Under the pieces are notes generated by a model that was given only the letters and a program-made list of their open reading frames with translations, was not told the DNA's origin and did no database searches. 64,000 nt of DNA from Mesorhizobium sp. (lineage in GTDB: Bacteria > Pseudomonadota > Alphaproteobacteria > Rhizobiales > Rhizobiaceae). This document shows, one piece after another, positions 1 through 7,564 of this stretch. Numbering within the stretch: the stretch's first letter is position 1; each line of letters starts with the position of its first letter. The translations under genes were made by a program, and so were the position numbers. The stretch lies in assembly GCA_017306545.1 (NCBI GenBank), contig JAFKID010000012.1:24458-88457 (forward strand), in the 5' to 3' direction.

Positions 1-141
1 GCTGGCGGCTCGCCCTTGCGGGCGTTCGTTGCTGACGGCATCGACGTCTCCAATCCGCATGCGCCCATTCGGCACACCGCATTCATCCTAGGGAGCATGG
101 GTTGTGCGAGGCTTTCGCCCGGAACGCGCATTTCACCGTCC

Positions 142-150
142 GTTAACCAT
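142..150 (+). promoter_or_regulatory. GTTAACCAT motif (CtrA 8-mer class TTAACCAT) upstream of flagellin 1
   Basis: Exact TTAACCAT at 143-150 in non-coding DNA, 146 nt before the 296 start. TTCA at 132-135 gives TTCA-N7-TTAAC, one mismatch from the full CtrA box. Confidence 0.4.
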
Positions 151-295
151 AAAGCTTAGCGGTTTTTCAGGAAGTGCCGGTCATTGTCGGGGCAATGGCG
201 GGTGGTCGCTTGATCGACCATGGGCATGATGCCGTACCGTCCTACCGGTCGAGCCGGTATGCCAAAAAAATCCGTATAGTAAGGTACGTGTACTC

Positions 296-1222
296 ATGTC
301 GAGCATCAACACGAACACGGCTGCGCTCACTGCATTGCAGAGCCTGAACGCCACCCAGAAGGCACTCGAAACCACGCAGTCGCGCATTTCCACCGGCTTC
401 CGCGTCTCCACGGCTTCCGACAACGCCGCCTACTGGTCGATCGCCACCACCATGCGTTCCGACAACAAGGCCAACTCCGTCCTTCAGGACGCCCTCGGCC
501 TCGGCGCCGGCAAGGTCGACACCGCCTACACGGCAATGAATTCGGCCATCGACGTCGTCGACCAGATCAAGCAGAAGGTGCTGCTGGCCAAGACCTCGAG
601 CAGCGACGACCGCAAAAAGATCCAGTCGGAAATCTCCGCCTTGCAGTCGCAGCTCAAGGACAACATCGGCGGCGCCAGCTATGCCGGCTCCAACCTGCTG
701 AAGACCGACTCGTCGTCCGCGACGGACACCAAGCTGACGGTGATGACGTCCTACAACCGTGATTCGACGGGCAAAGTGTCCACGGGCACGATTGATGTCA
801 AATATACCGACACTCGGCTGATCGACGCCAAGGCTGGCGGCAGCGCCGGCCTTCTCGACACGTCGTTCGCCACCACCGGCGCCACCAAGATGTCGATCCT
901 CAACGTGAATGTCGGCAGCGGCGGCATCACGACGTCCACCGCCTTCGACAACATGCTGACCGGCATCGAAACGGCGCTCAAGGGCATGGCCACCGGCGCG
1001 GCTTCGCTCGGCGCCGCCAAGGCCCGCATCGATCTTCAGAAGGACTTCATCTCGAAGCTGTCCGACTCGATCGACCGCGGCGTCGGCCAGCTCGTCGATG
1101 CCGACATGAACAAGGAATCGACCCGCTTGCAGGCGCTCCAGGTCCAGCAGCAGCTGGGTGTCCAGGCGCTGTCGATCGCCAACGGCAGCACGCAGTCGAT
1201 TCTGTCGCTGTTCCGCGGCTGA
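296..1222 (+). CDS. flagellin (Rhizobiales Fla type), copy 1
   Basis: 308 aa. The N-terminus (TNTAALTALQSLN...SRISTGFRVSTASDNAAYWSIATTMRSD) and C-terminus (QALQVQQQLGVQALSIAN...ILSLFRG) are typical flagellin D0/D1 segments. It has its own terminator downstream. Confidence 0.95.
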   Translation: MSSINTNTAALTALQSLNATQKALETTQSRISTGFRVSTASDNAAYWSIATTMRSDNKANSVLQDALGLGAGKVDTAYTAMNSAIDVVDQIKQKVLLAKTSSSDDRKKIQSEISALQSQLKDNIGGASYAGSNLLKTDSSSATDTKLTVMTSYNRDSTGKVSTGTIDVKYTDTRLIDAKAGGSAGLLDTSFATTGATKMSILNVNVGSGGITTSTAFDNMLTGIETALKGMATGAASLGAAKARIDLQKDFISKLSDSIDRGVGQLVDADMNKESTRLQALQVQQQLGVQALSIANGSTQSILSLFRG

Positions 1223-1261
1223 TCCCTTTCGCCGGCTGACGCCGGCCGACACTCAAACAGC

Positions 1262-1300
1262 GGGCCGCGCTTCTCCGGAAGCGTGGCCCGTTCGCTTTCT
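1262..1300 (+). terminator. intrinsic terminator after flagellin 1
   Basis: 12-bp stem GGGCCGCGCTTC/GAAGCGTGGCCC (one G-U pair), loop TCCG, followed by GTTCGCTTTCT. Confidence 0.7.
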
Positions 1301-1328
1301 ACGCTCTTTTCACAACAGGCAAATCGGC

Positions 1329-1368
1329 TTAATCGGCTGTTAACCATGGCCGGCTAGTTATGGTTAAC
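1329..1368 (+). promoter_or_regulatory. CtrA-box cluster upstream of flagellin 2
   Basis: Perfect TTAA-N7-TTAAC at 1329-1344. GTTAACCAT at 1339-1347 and its inverted copy ATGGTTAAC at 1360-1368 form 9-bp arms with a 12-nt spacer. The cluster lies 55-94 nt before the GTG start at 1423. Confidence 0.5.
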
Positions 1369-1422
1369 CGATAGTATCTGCCGCGTCTCGGTCGGCAGGT
1401 TTGTCTGAGGAAAGGGTGGCCC

Positions 1423-2346
1423 GTGGCAAGCATCATGACGAACGCCTCTGCAATGACGGCATTGCAGAGTCTCAACGCGACCAACAAGCAGCTCGAACAG
1501 ACGCAGAGCCGCATTTCCACCGGCTTCCGTGTTTCCACGGCTTCCGACAACGCCGCCTACTGGTCGATCGCCACCACCATGCGCTCCGACAACAAGGCGA
1601 ACTCTGTCGTCCAGGACGCGCTGGGCCTCGGCGCCGGCAAGGTCGACACCGCCTACACCGCGATGAACGCGGCCATCGATGTCATCGATGATATCAAATC
1701 CAAGATCCTGCTCGCCAAGACGGCTAGCCCCGAAGAGCGTGGCAAGATCCAGAGCGAGATCAAGACCTACCAGGACCAGCTCGTCGATTCCATCAGCGGC
1801 GCTACCTATGCCGGCGCCAACCTTCTGAAGACGGATTCGACCTCGAGCGACAAGACGTTGCAGGTCATCTCGTCCTACAATCGCGACTCCACCGGCGCCG
1901 TCGTCACCGGCTCCATCGATATCGACTACAAGAACATCCGCCTGATCGATGCCAAGACCGGCGGCAGCGCCGGCATTCTCGACACGTCATTCGCCACCAG
2001 CGGCACCGTCAAGATGTCGGCCCTCAACCTCAACGTCGGCAGCGGCGGCATCACGACCGCCACCGCCTTCGACAACATGCTGACCGGCATCGAAAAAGTG
2101 CTGGGCAAGATGACGGCGGCGGCTTCCGAACTCGGCGCGGCCAAGTCGCGCATCGACATGCAAAAGGACTTCGTCTCCAAGCTGATGGATTCCATCGACC
2201 GCGGCGTCGGCCAGCTCGTCGATGCCGACATGAACAAGGAATCGACCAAGCTCCAGGCCTTGCAGGTTCAGCAGCAGCTCGGCATCCAGGCCCTGTCGAT
2301 CGCCAACACCAATTCGCAGAACATCCTGTCCCTGTTCAAGGGCTGA
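1423..2346 (+). CDS. flagellin (Rhizobiales Fla type), copy 2
   Basis: 307 aa and collinear with copy 1 over the full length. The GTG start aligns residue-for-residue with the copy 1 N-terminus. GAGGAAAGGG precedes the start. Confidence 0.93.
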   Translation: MASIMTNASAMTALQSLNATNKQLEQTQSRISTGFRVSTASDNAAYWSIATTMRSDNKANSVVQDALGLGAGKVDTAYTAMNAAIDVIDDIKSKILLAKTASPEERGKIQSEIKTYQDQLVDSISGATYAGANLLKTDSTSSDKTLQVISSYNRDSTGAVVTGSIDIDYKNIRLIDAKTGGSAGILDTSFATSGTVKMSALNLNVGSGGITTATAFDNMLTGIEKVLGKMTAAASELGAAKSRIDMQKDFVSKLMDSIDRGVGQLVDADMNKESTKLQALQVQQQLGIQALSIANTNSQNILSLFKG

Positions 2347-2369
2347 TCCCTTCCCCAACGGATCGACCG

Positions 2370-2401
2370 AAGGGCCGCGCCGGACGCGGCCCTTCTTTTT
2401 T
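2370..2401 (+). terminator. intrinsic terminator after flagellin 2
   Basis: Stem AAGGGCCGCG/CGCGGCCCTT, loop CCGGA, followed by CTTTTTT. Confidence 0.85.
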
Positions 2402-2494
2402 GGTACGGCAGGGCACCACGCCGTCCCATAATTTTCGCACAAGCTTCGCGATCTAGGCTTGCTCTAGGGCAATCATGCCGGGAGCCGAGCGGCC

Positions 2495-4150
2495 GTGCCG
2501 GAACAGATCAAAACCATCGTCGCCAATCTACAGAGCTTCGGCGCCAGGCGCCTGGCCATCATGGCCAGCATCGCCGTGCTGGTGATCGCCGTCGTCGGCG
2601 TCGCTTCCGTCTATCTCAACCGGCCGGCCTACGAGACGCTTTACGTCGGCCTCGACCGCTCCGACGTCAACCAGATCGGCATGGTGCTGGGCGAAGCCGG
2701 CATCGCCTTCGACGTCGGTTCGGACGGCACCAGCGTTCTGGTGGCCGCCGGCAACACCGCGCAGGCGCGCATGCTTTTGGCCGAAAAAGGCCTGCCCACC
2801 AGCGCCAATGCCGGCTACGAGCTGTTCGATAATGTCGGCTCGCTCGGCCTCACCTCCTTCATGCAGCAAGTCACCCGCGTGCGCGCGCTTGAAGGCGAAA
2901 TCGCCCGCACCATCCAGTCGCTGCAAGGCGTCAAGGCGGCGCGCGTCCATATCGTCATGTCCGAGCGCGCCAATTTCCGCCGGGACGAGCAGCAACCCTC
3001 GGCGTCTGTCGTCATCCGTTACGCCGGCATGGATTCCGAAAAGACGGCGATGTCGATCCGCCATCTGGTCGCCGCCGCCGTGCCCGGTCTTTCGGTCGAC
3101 AAGGTGACGGTGCTGGATTCGACCGGCAACCTGCTGGCCGCAGGCGACGACACGTCGAACACCAGCGCCGCCCGCTCGCTCGGCGTCGAACAGACTGTCG
3201 AGACGCAGATCGAGGACAACATCCGCCGGGCGCTGACGCCCTACCTCGGTCCGGACAATTTCCGCGCCTCGGTCAAGGCCGACATCAACACCGATACCCG
3301 CCAGACAGAGGAAACCATCTTCGACCCGAACTCGCGCGTCGAGCGGTCGGTGCAGACGGTGAAATCCAACGAGGCCAGCAACCAGAAGCAGGCTTCGACC
3401 CCTGCCAGCGTGCAGCAGAACCTGCCCGAGACGCAGGCGTCCAGCACCGAGGGGCCGCAGTCCAGCTCGCAGAACGACCGCAAGGAAGAAGTCACCAACT
3501 ACGAGATCAATTCCAAGAAGATCGCCACCGTCTCCAACGGCTATACCGTGACCAAGATGTCGATCGCCGTCGTCGTCAACCAGGCGCGGCTGGCCACAAT
3601 CCTGGGCAAGGACGCATCGCCCGAGAAAGTCGCCCAGCGGGTCGCAGACATCCAGAAGATGGTCGCCTCCGCCACCGGCTTCGACGACAAGCGCGGCGAC
3701 ATCATCGACGTCTCGGCCGTCGAGTTCATCGACGGGCTGGACGGCGTGCCTGTCGAGCAGCCGGGCATCATGGAAAGAATGGGCCACTATACCGGCTCGC
3801 TCATCAATGCCTCAGCCTTCATCATCGTTGTCTTCCTGCTCGCCTTCTTCGGCCTGCGGCCGATGGCATCGGCCCTGACCGCCAAGCCGGCCGCGCTGGC
3901 CGGCCCGAGTTTCGATGAAGTGCAGCGCTCCCTGCCGACGCCCGAGACGGCAGGCGTCGCCGCCATTGCCGGCCTCGAAGCGGCGGGCGCGCAGCCGGCC
4001 GGCCGCACGGCCGGGCCGACTCCGCTCGACGATCTTCGCCAGAAACTGAGGCCGGCGCCGCAGGAGCGGCTCGCCCGCATGGTCGATCTCAATGAGGAGC
4101 GCACCGCCCAGATCCTGCGCAAATGGGCGGCGCAGGAGGCCGCCGCCTGA
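2495..4150 (+). CDS. fliF: flagellar M-ring protein FliF
   Basis: 551 aa. It has an N-terminal TM segment, a YscJ/FliF-like periplasmic core, a second TM segment near residue 440, and the conserved C-terminal tail (LARMVDLNEERTAQILRKW). Confidence 0.95.
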   Translation: MPEQIKTIVANLQSFGARRLAIMASIAVLVIAVVGVASVYLNRPAYETLYVGLDRSDVNQIGMVLGEAGIAFDVGSDGTSVLVAAGNTAQARMLLAEKGLPTSANAGYELFDNVGSLGLTSFMQQVTRVRALEGEIARTIQSLQGVKAARVHIVMSERANFRRDEQQPSASVVIRYAGMDSEKTAMSIRHLVAAAVPGLSVDKVTVLDSTGNLLAAGDDTSNTSAARSLGVEQTVETQIEDNIRRALTPYLGPDNFRASVKADINTDTRQTEETIFDPNSRVERSVQTVKSNEASNQKQASTPASVQQNLPETQASSTEGPQSSSQNDRKEEVTNYEINSKKIATVSNGYTVTKMSIAVVVNQARLATILGKDASPEKVAQRVADIQKMVASATGFDDKRGDIIDVSAVEFIDGLDGVPVEQPGIMERMGHYTGSLINASAFIIVVFLLAFFGLRPMASALTAKPAALAGPSFDEVQRSLPTPETAGVAAIAGLEAAGAQPAGRTAGPTPLDDLRQKLRPAPQERLARMVDLNEERTAQILRKWAAQEAAA

Positions 4151-4770
4151 TGCGCTCGGCCGCCCTGTTCGACCTGCTGCCGGATTTCGGTCCACGCCCG
4201 CCGCGCGCCGCGTCCGCAGAGCCCGCGCAACGCGCGCCGATGCCGGAACCGGAGCCCGCGCCGGACATGGGTTCGCTCATCGCCGAAGCCGTGGCGCAGG
4301 CCGAGGCCGTCGTCGAGCAGCGCCTCGCCGCAGCCCACGAAGCGGAACTCACGGCCGAGCGAGAGGCCAGGCAAGTCGAGGTGGACGCATTGCAGCGCGC
4401 CTTCGGCGGCGAAGCGGGGGCCGCCATCGCTGCCCGTATCGACGCCATGCAGGGCGCCGTCGTCGCCCTCGTCAGCGACCAGGTGGCGCGCGTGCTCGGC
4501 GGGCTGCTTAGCGAAGATTTGAACCAGCGCTCGCTGGCGGCGCTGGCGCGCGCCGTCAACGCCGCCGCCGCGGACTCCGACGCCGTGCGCATCCGCGTCA
4601 GCGGCCCGACCTCGCTCTACGAAACGTTGAAGGCGGCACTCGGCGCGCGCGCGGAAAACCTCGATTTCACCGAAGCGCCCGGCTTCGACCTCACCGTCAC
4701 CATCGACGACACGATCTTCGAGACGCGCGTCGCCGAATGGTCTGCCGCCCTCTCGGAGTTGCTGTCATGA
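4150..4770 (+). CDS. flagellar-cluster protein of unknown function (possibly FliH-like, Ala/Glu-rich coiled coil plus C-terminal domain)
   Basis: 206 aa counted from the ATG that overlaps the fliF stop (TGATG). Its own stop overlaps the motB start (ATGA). The FliH-like call rests only on composition and position. Confidence 0.55.
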   Translation: MRSAALFDLLPDFGPRPPRAASAEPAQRAPMPEPEPAPDMGSLIAEAVAQAEAVVEQRLAAAHEAELTAEREARQVEVDALQRAFGGEAGAAIAARIDAMQGAVVALVSDQVARVLGGLLSEDLNQRSLAALARAVNAAAADSDAVRIRVSGPTSLYETLKAALGARAENLDFTEAPGFDLTVTIDDTIFETRVAEWSAALSELLS

Positions 4771-6104
4771 GCATGTCGGGCGCTGCCGAGGACAGGCACG
4801 AGATCATCATCGTGCGTCGTGGCCACGACGACGACGACGAGGGCCATCACGGCGGCGTGTGGAAGATCGCCTTTGCCGACTTCATGACGGCGATGATGTG
4901 CTTCTTCCTCGTCATGTGGCTCATCAACGCCGCCAACGAGCAGACCAAGGCGGCGGTCGCCTCCTATTTCAATCCCGTCCAACTGGTCGACCGCAATTCC
5001 AGCCGCAAGGGTCTTCAGGATCTCGGCGACGGCCCTTCGGCGGTCGGGCTGACCGCCGAGCAGCCCAAGCCCGGCAAGCAGAAGGCAGGGCAGGACGGCA
5101 ACGGCAACGACGGGACGACCCAGGAGCCGAGCGACCGCGCGAAATCTCCCGAACAGGCCAAAAAGTCCGACGAACGGCTGTTCGCCGACCCCTATGCGGT
5201 GCTGTCGGAGATCGCCGCCAACACCGGCACGATGCAGAACGTCAGCTCGAAAGGCGCGGGCGGCGCGCAAAATGCCGGGCCTGCAACCGGCGCCGAAGGC
5301 GGCCCCTCCTACCGCGACCCGTTCTCGCCGGACTTCTGGTCGCAGCAGCAGACCGTGCCGGGCGCCGAGGCGAGCGCGGCCCGCGCAAAGATCGAGGGCG
5401 ACCCGGCCAAACCCGGCGACAAGGTCGCCGAGAGCGAAAACCCGCCGGTGAAGGCCCTGCCGCCGGCCCCGGCGCTGGAGAAGGCCCCGCTGGAACCGCT
5501 GGTGAAAACCGAAGCCGACAAGGCCGTGCAGAAGCAGGCTGCCGCGCCGGCGGAATCGCAGACGGCACCCGGCACCGATTCCACAGCGCGGAAGGCTATT
5601 GAAGCACCCGCTGCAGAGGCGCCGAAAGGCCCGAGCGCCGAAGCGCTGAAGACGGCGGCTGAGGTCAACAAGGAGATCGCCAGGGCCTTCAATCTGGGCG
5701 ACAAGATGCTGAACGGCATCTCCGTCGAAGCAACCGACAAGGGCGTCGCCATCTCGATCACCGACCAACTCGACTTCGGCATGTTCGAGATCGGCTCGGC
5801 CACGCCAAGCCGCGACCTGGTGCTGGCGATGGACAAGATCGGCCGCATCGTCAACGCCCAGAAGGGGTCGATCTCGATCGAGGGGCATACCGACGCCCGG
5901 CCGTTCCATTCGGCCAGCTACGACAACTGGCGCCTGTCCACCGCGCGCGCCCATGCCGCCTACTACATGCTGGTGCGCGGCGGTGTCGACGAAAGCCGCA
6001 TCAAGGAAGTGGCCGGCTTCGCCGACCGTGATCCGAAGGACAAGGCCGACCCCTACGCGGCGGTGAACCGCCGCATCGAAATCCTGCTGGAGACGGGCGG
6101 ATGA
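4767..6104 (+). CDS. motB: flagellar motor stator protein MotB (long-linker rhizobial type)
   Basis: N-terminal WKIAFADFMTAMMCFFLVMWL plug/TM segment, a long Ala/Pro/Lys/Glu linker, and a C-terminal OmpA-like peptidoglycan-binding domain (GHTDARPF...NWRLSTARA...NRRIEILL). Confidence 0.88.
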   Translation: MSMSGAAEDRHEIIIVRRGHDDDDEGHHGGVWKIAFADFMTAMMCFFLVMWLINAANEQTKAAVASYFNPVQLVDRNSSRKGLQDLGDGPSAVGLTAEQPKPGKQKAGQDGNGNDGTTQEPSDRAKSPEQAKKSDERLFADPYAVLSEIAANTGTMQNVSSKGAGGAQNAGPATGAEGGPSYRDPFSPDFWSQQQTVPGAEASAARAKIEGDPAKPGDKVAESENPPVKALPPAPALEKAPLEPLVKTEADKAVQKQAAAPAESQTAPGTDSTARKAIEAPAAEAPKGPSAEALKTAAEVNKEIARAFNLGDKMLNGISVEATDKGVAISITDQLDFGMFEIGSATPSRDLVLAMDKIGRIVNAQKGSISIEGHTDARPFHSASYDNWRLSTARAHAAYYMLVRGGVDESRIKEVAGFADRDPKDKADPYAAVNRRIEILLETGG

Positions 6105-7564
6105 TGCGCGCCACGGGGCTCCGCTCCGTTGCCGGCGCGGCCTTGGCGACCCTTGCGGCCGCCCTTCCCGGCCGCGCCGCCGAGACGCTTCAGCCCTACC
6201 AGATGGTGCGCTCGCTCCAGCTCGTACAGGATCGCATCGCCTCCGGCGACCAGGCCGCGCTGCCGATGCAGGCGAAACTGCTCGAATTGGTCGATGCGCG
6301 GCTGCGCAAGGTGACGAAGGACGAACTCGCCGAGCCGAAGAACCTGCGCGCGCTGCTCGTCTACGGCATGAGCGGCGGCAACCCGGCGACCGTCAAGGCG
6401 GCAGCCGCGAAGACGGCTATGGACACCGCCATGCAGGCGGTCGCCACCGGCGTCGTCGCCTACCTGACCGGCAATCCGGCCGACGCGGTCAAGGCCTTGC
6501 AGCCGGTCGATCCGATGACGCTGTCCCCCGACCTCGGCGCCTTCGTCGCCCTGGTGAAAGGATCGCTGCTGGCGACCGACGACCCGGTACAGGCTCTCGC
6601 CCTGCTCGACAAGGCGCGGCTGCTCAGCCCCGGCACGCTTGTCGAGGAGGCGGCGCTGCGCCGCAGCGTCGGCATCGCCGCCGCCACCGGGGATGCCGCG
6701 CGCTTCAGCCGCGCCTCGACGCAGTATGTCGAGCACTACCTCCATTCGCCCTACGCCAGCCAGTTCGCCGATGCCTTCGTCTCCGGCGTCATCGCCATGC
6801 ACGCCGCGATCAGCCAGGACCGGCTGACCGACATCACCTCGATGATGGACGCCGAGCGCGAGAAGGTGATCTACCTGCGCATCGCCCGCCGCGCCGCCAT
6901 CGACGGCTTGAACGACCTGTCGGCTTTCGCCTCGGCGCGCGCCGAGGACGGCAGCGGCAGCGTCAAGGAGAGCGACGACGATCCTCGCGCGCTTCTCTAT
7001 GCCAGCCTGTCGGCAATGACGTCGGCGACGATCGACGACCTGCGCGAGAACCTGAAAAGGATCGATCGCAACCGCCTGTCGCAAGGCGACCGCGCATTGT
7101 TCGACGCCGCCGAGGCGATCACCCACGAAATCGCCGCGCCGCCGGGACCGGTCGCCATGAGCACGCCGCCCTTGGCTTCCGCGCAGTCCGGACCGGTGCC
7201 GGCAGCACAGGCGGAGAAGCCGAAATCCGAGGGCGAGTCCGCAGGTGGAGTCTCGTCCGAACCGGCGATCGCTGCTCAGCCGCAGCCCGACATGCCCGCC
7301 CTTACCAACGCCGGCGCCGACCTGCCGCCGGTCGAAGGCGAAGTGTCGGAGCGCCCCGCCGTGCAGGCGGCGCAGCCGCCTCCTCCTCCAGCGGCCGCTG
7401 CCGATGCCGCGATTGCCGCAGGCCCTGCGACGGCCGGGCCGGCCAAGGCCGAAGCGATGGCCTCCGGCGGCGGCAAGTCAGCCGAGGCAGCGGACGCCAC
7501 CATCGCGGACGCACGCCGCAAACTCGAACAGATCGACAAGATGCTGGGAGCCTCTCCCCAATGA
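6101..7564 (+). CDS. motC: periplasmic motility protein MotC
   Basis: 487 aa with a signal peptide (AAALPGRAAE). It sits between motB and fliK as in Sinorhizobium/Brucella clusters and has ATGA overlaps on both sides. The call rests on synteny. Confidence 0.65.
   Translation: MMRATGLRSVAGAALATLAAALPGRAAETLQPYQMVRSLQLVQDRIASGDQAALPMQAKLLELVDARLRKVTKDELAEPKNLRALLVYGMSGGNPATVKAAAAKTAMDTAMQAVATGVVAYLTGNPADAVKALQPVDPMTLSPDLGAFVALVKGSLLATDDPVQALALLDKARLLSPGTLVEEAALRRSVGIAAATGDAARFSRASTQYVEHYLHSPYASQFADAFVSGVIAMHAAISQDRLTDITSMMDAEREKVIYLRIARRAAIDGLNDLSAFASARAEDGSGSVKESDDDPRALLYASLSAMTSATIDDLRENLKRIDRNRLSQGDRALFDAAEAITHEIAAPPGPVAMSTPPLASAQSGPVPAAQAEKPKSEGESAGGVSSEPAIAAQPQPDMPALTNAGADLPPVEGEVSERPAVQAAQPPPPPAAAADAAIAAGPATAGPAKAEAMASGGGKSAEAADATIADARRKLEQIDKMLGASPQ

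Noticed and set aside
150-183. Sigma-28-like flagellin promoter (TAAAG ... GCCGGTCA). A second candidate, ACCGATAG at 1367-1374, could be a -10 element.
   Set aside because: The spacing between the putative -35 and -10 elements is about 22 nt rather than about 15. The matches are partial. As I recall, rhizobia of this type lack a canonical FliA.
181-423. Twin small ORFs (181..423 and 1329..1550, minus strand) that both begin MSEAVETRKPVEMR.
   Set aside because: Their similarity simply mirrors the conserved flagellin N-terminal coding sequence read on the reverse strand.
242-1252. 336-aa ORF antisense to flagellin 1. Similar long antisense or out-of-frame ORFs occur throughout, for example 2528..3787, 4617..5954, 6053..7126, 11970..13433, 18300..20012, 20169..22133, 44469..45719, 46675..48738 and 61885..63837.
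   Set aside because: They are Arg/Gly/Ala/Pro-rich translations on the opposite strand of genes with clear homology-type signatures. This is the classic high-GC artefact, and they have no independent motifs or RBS.
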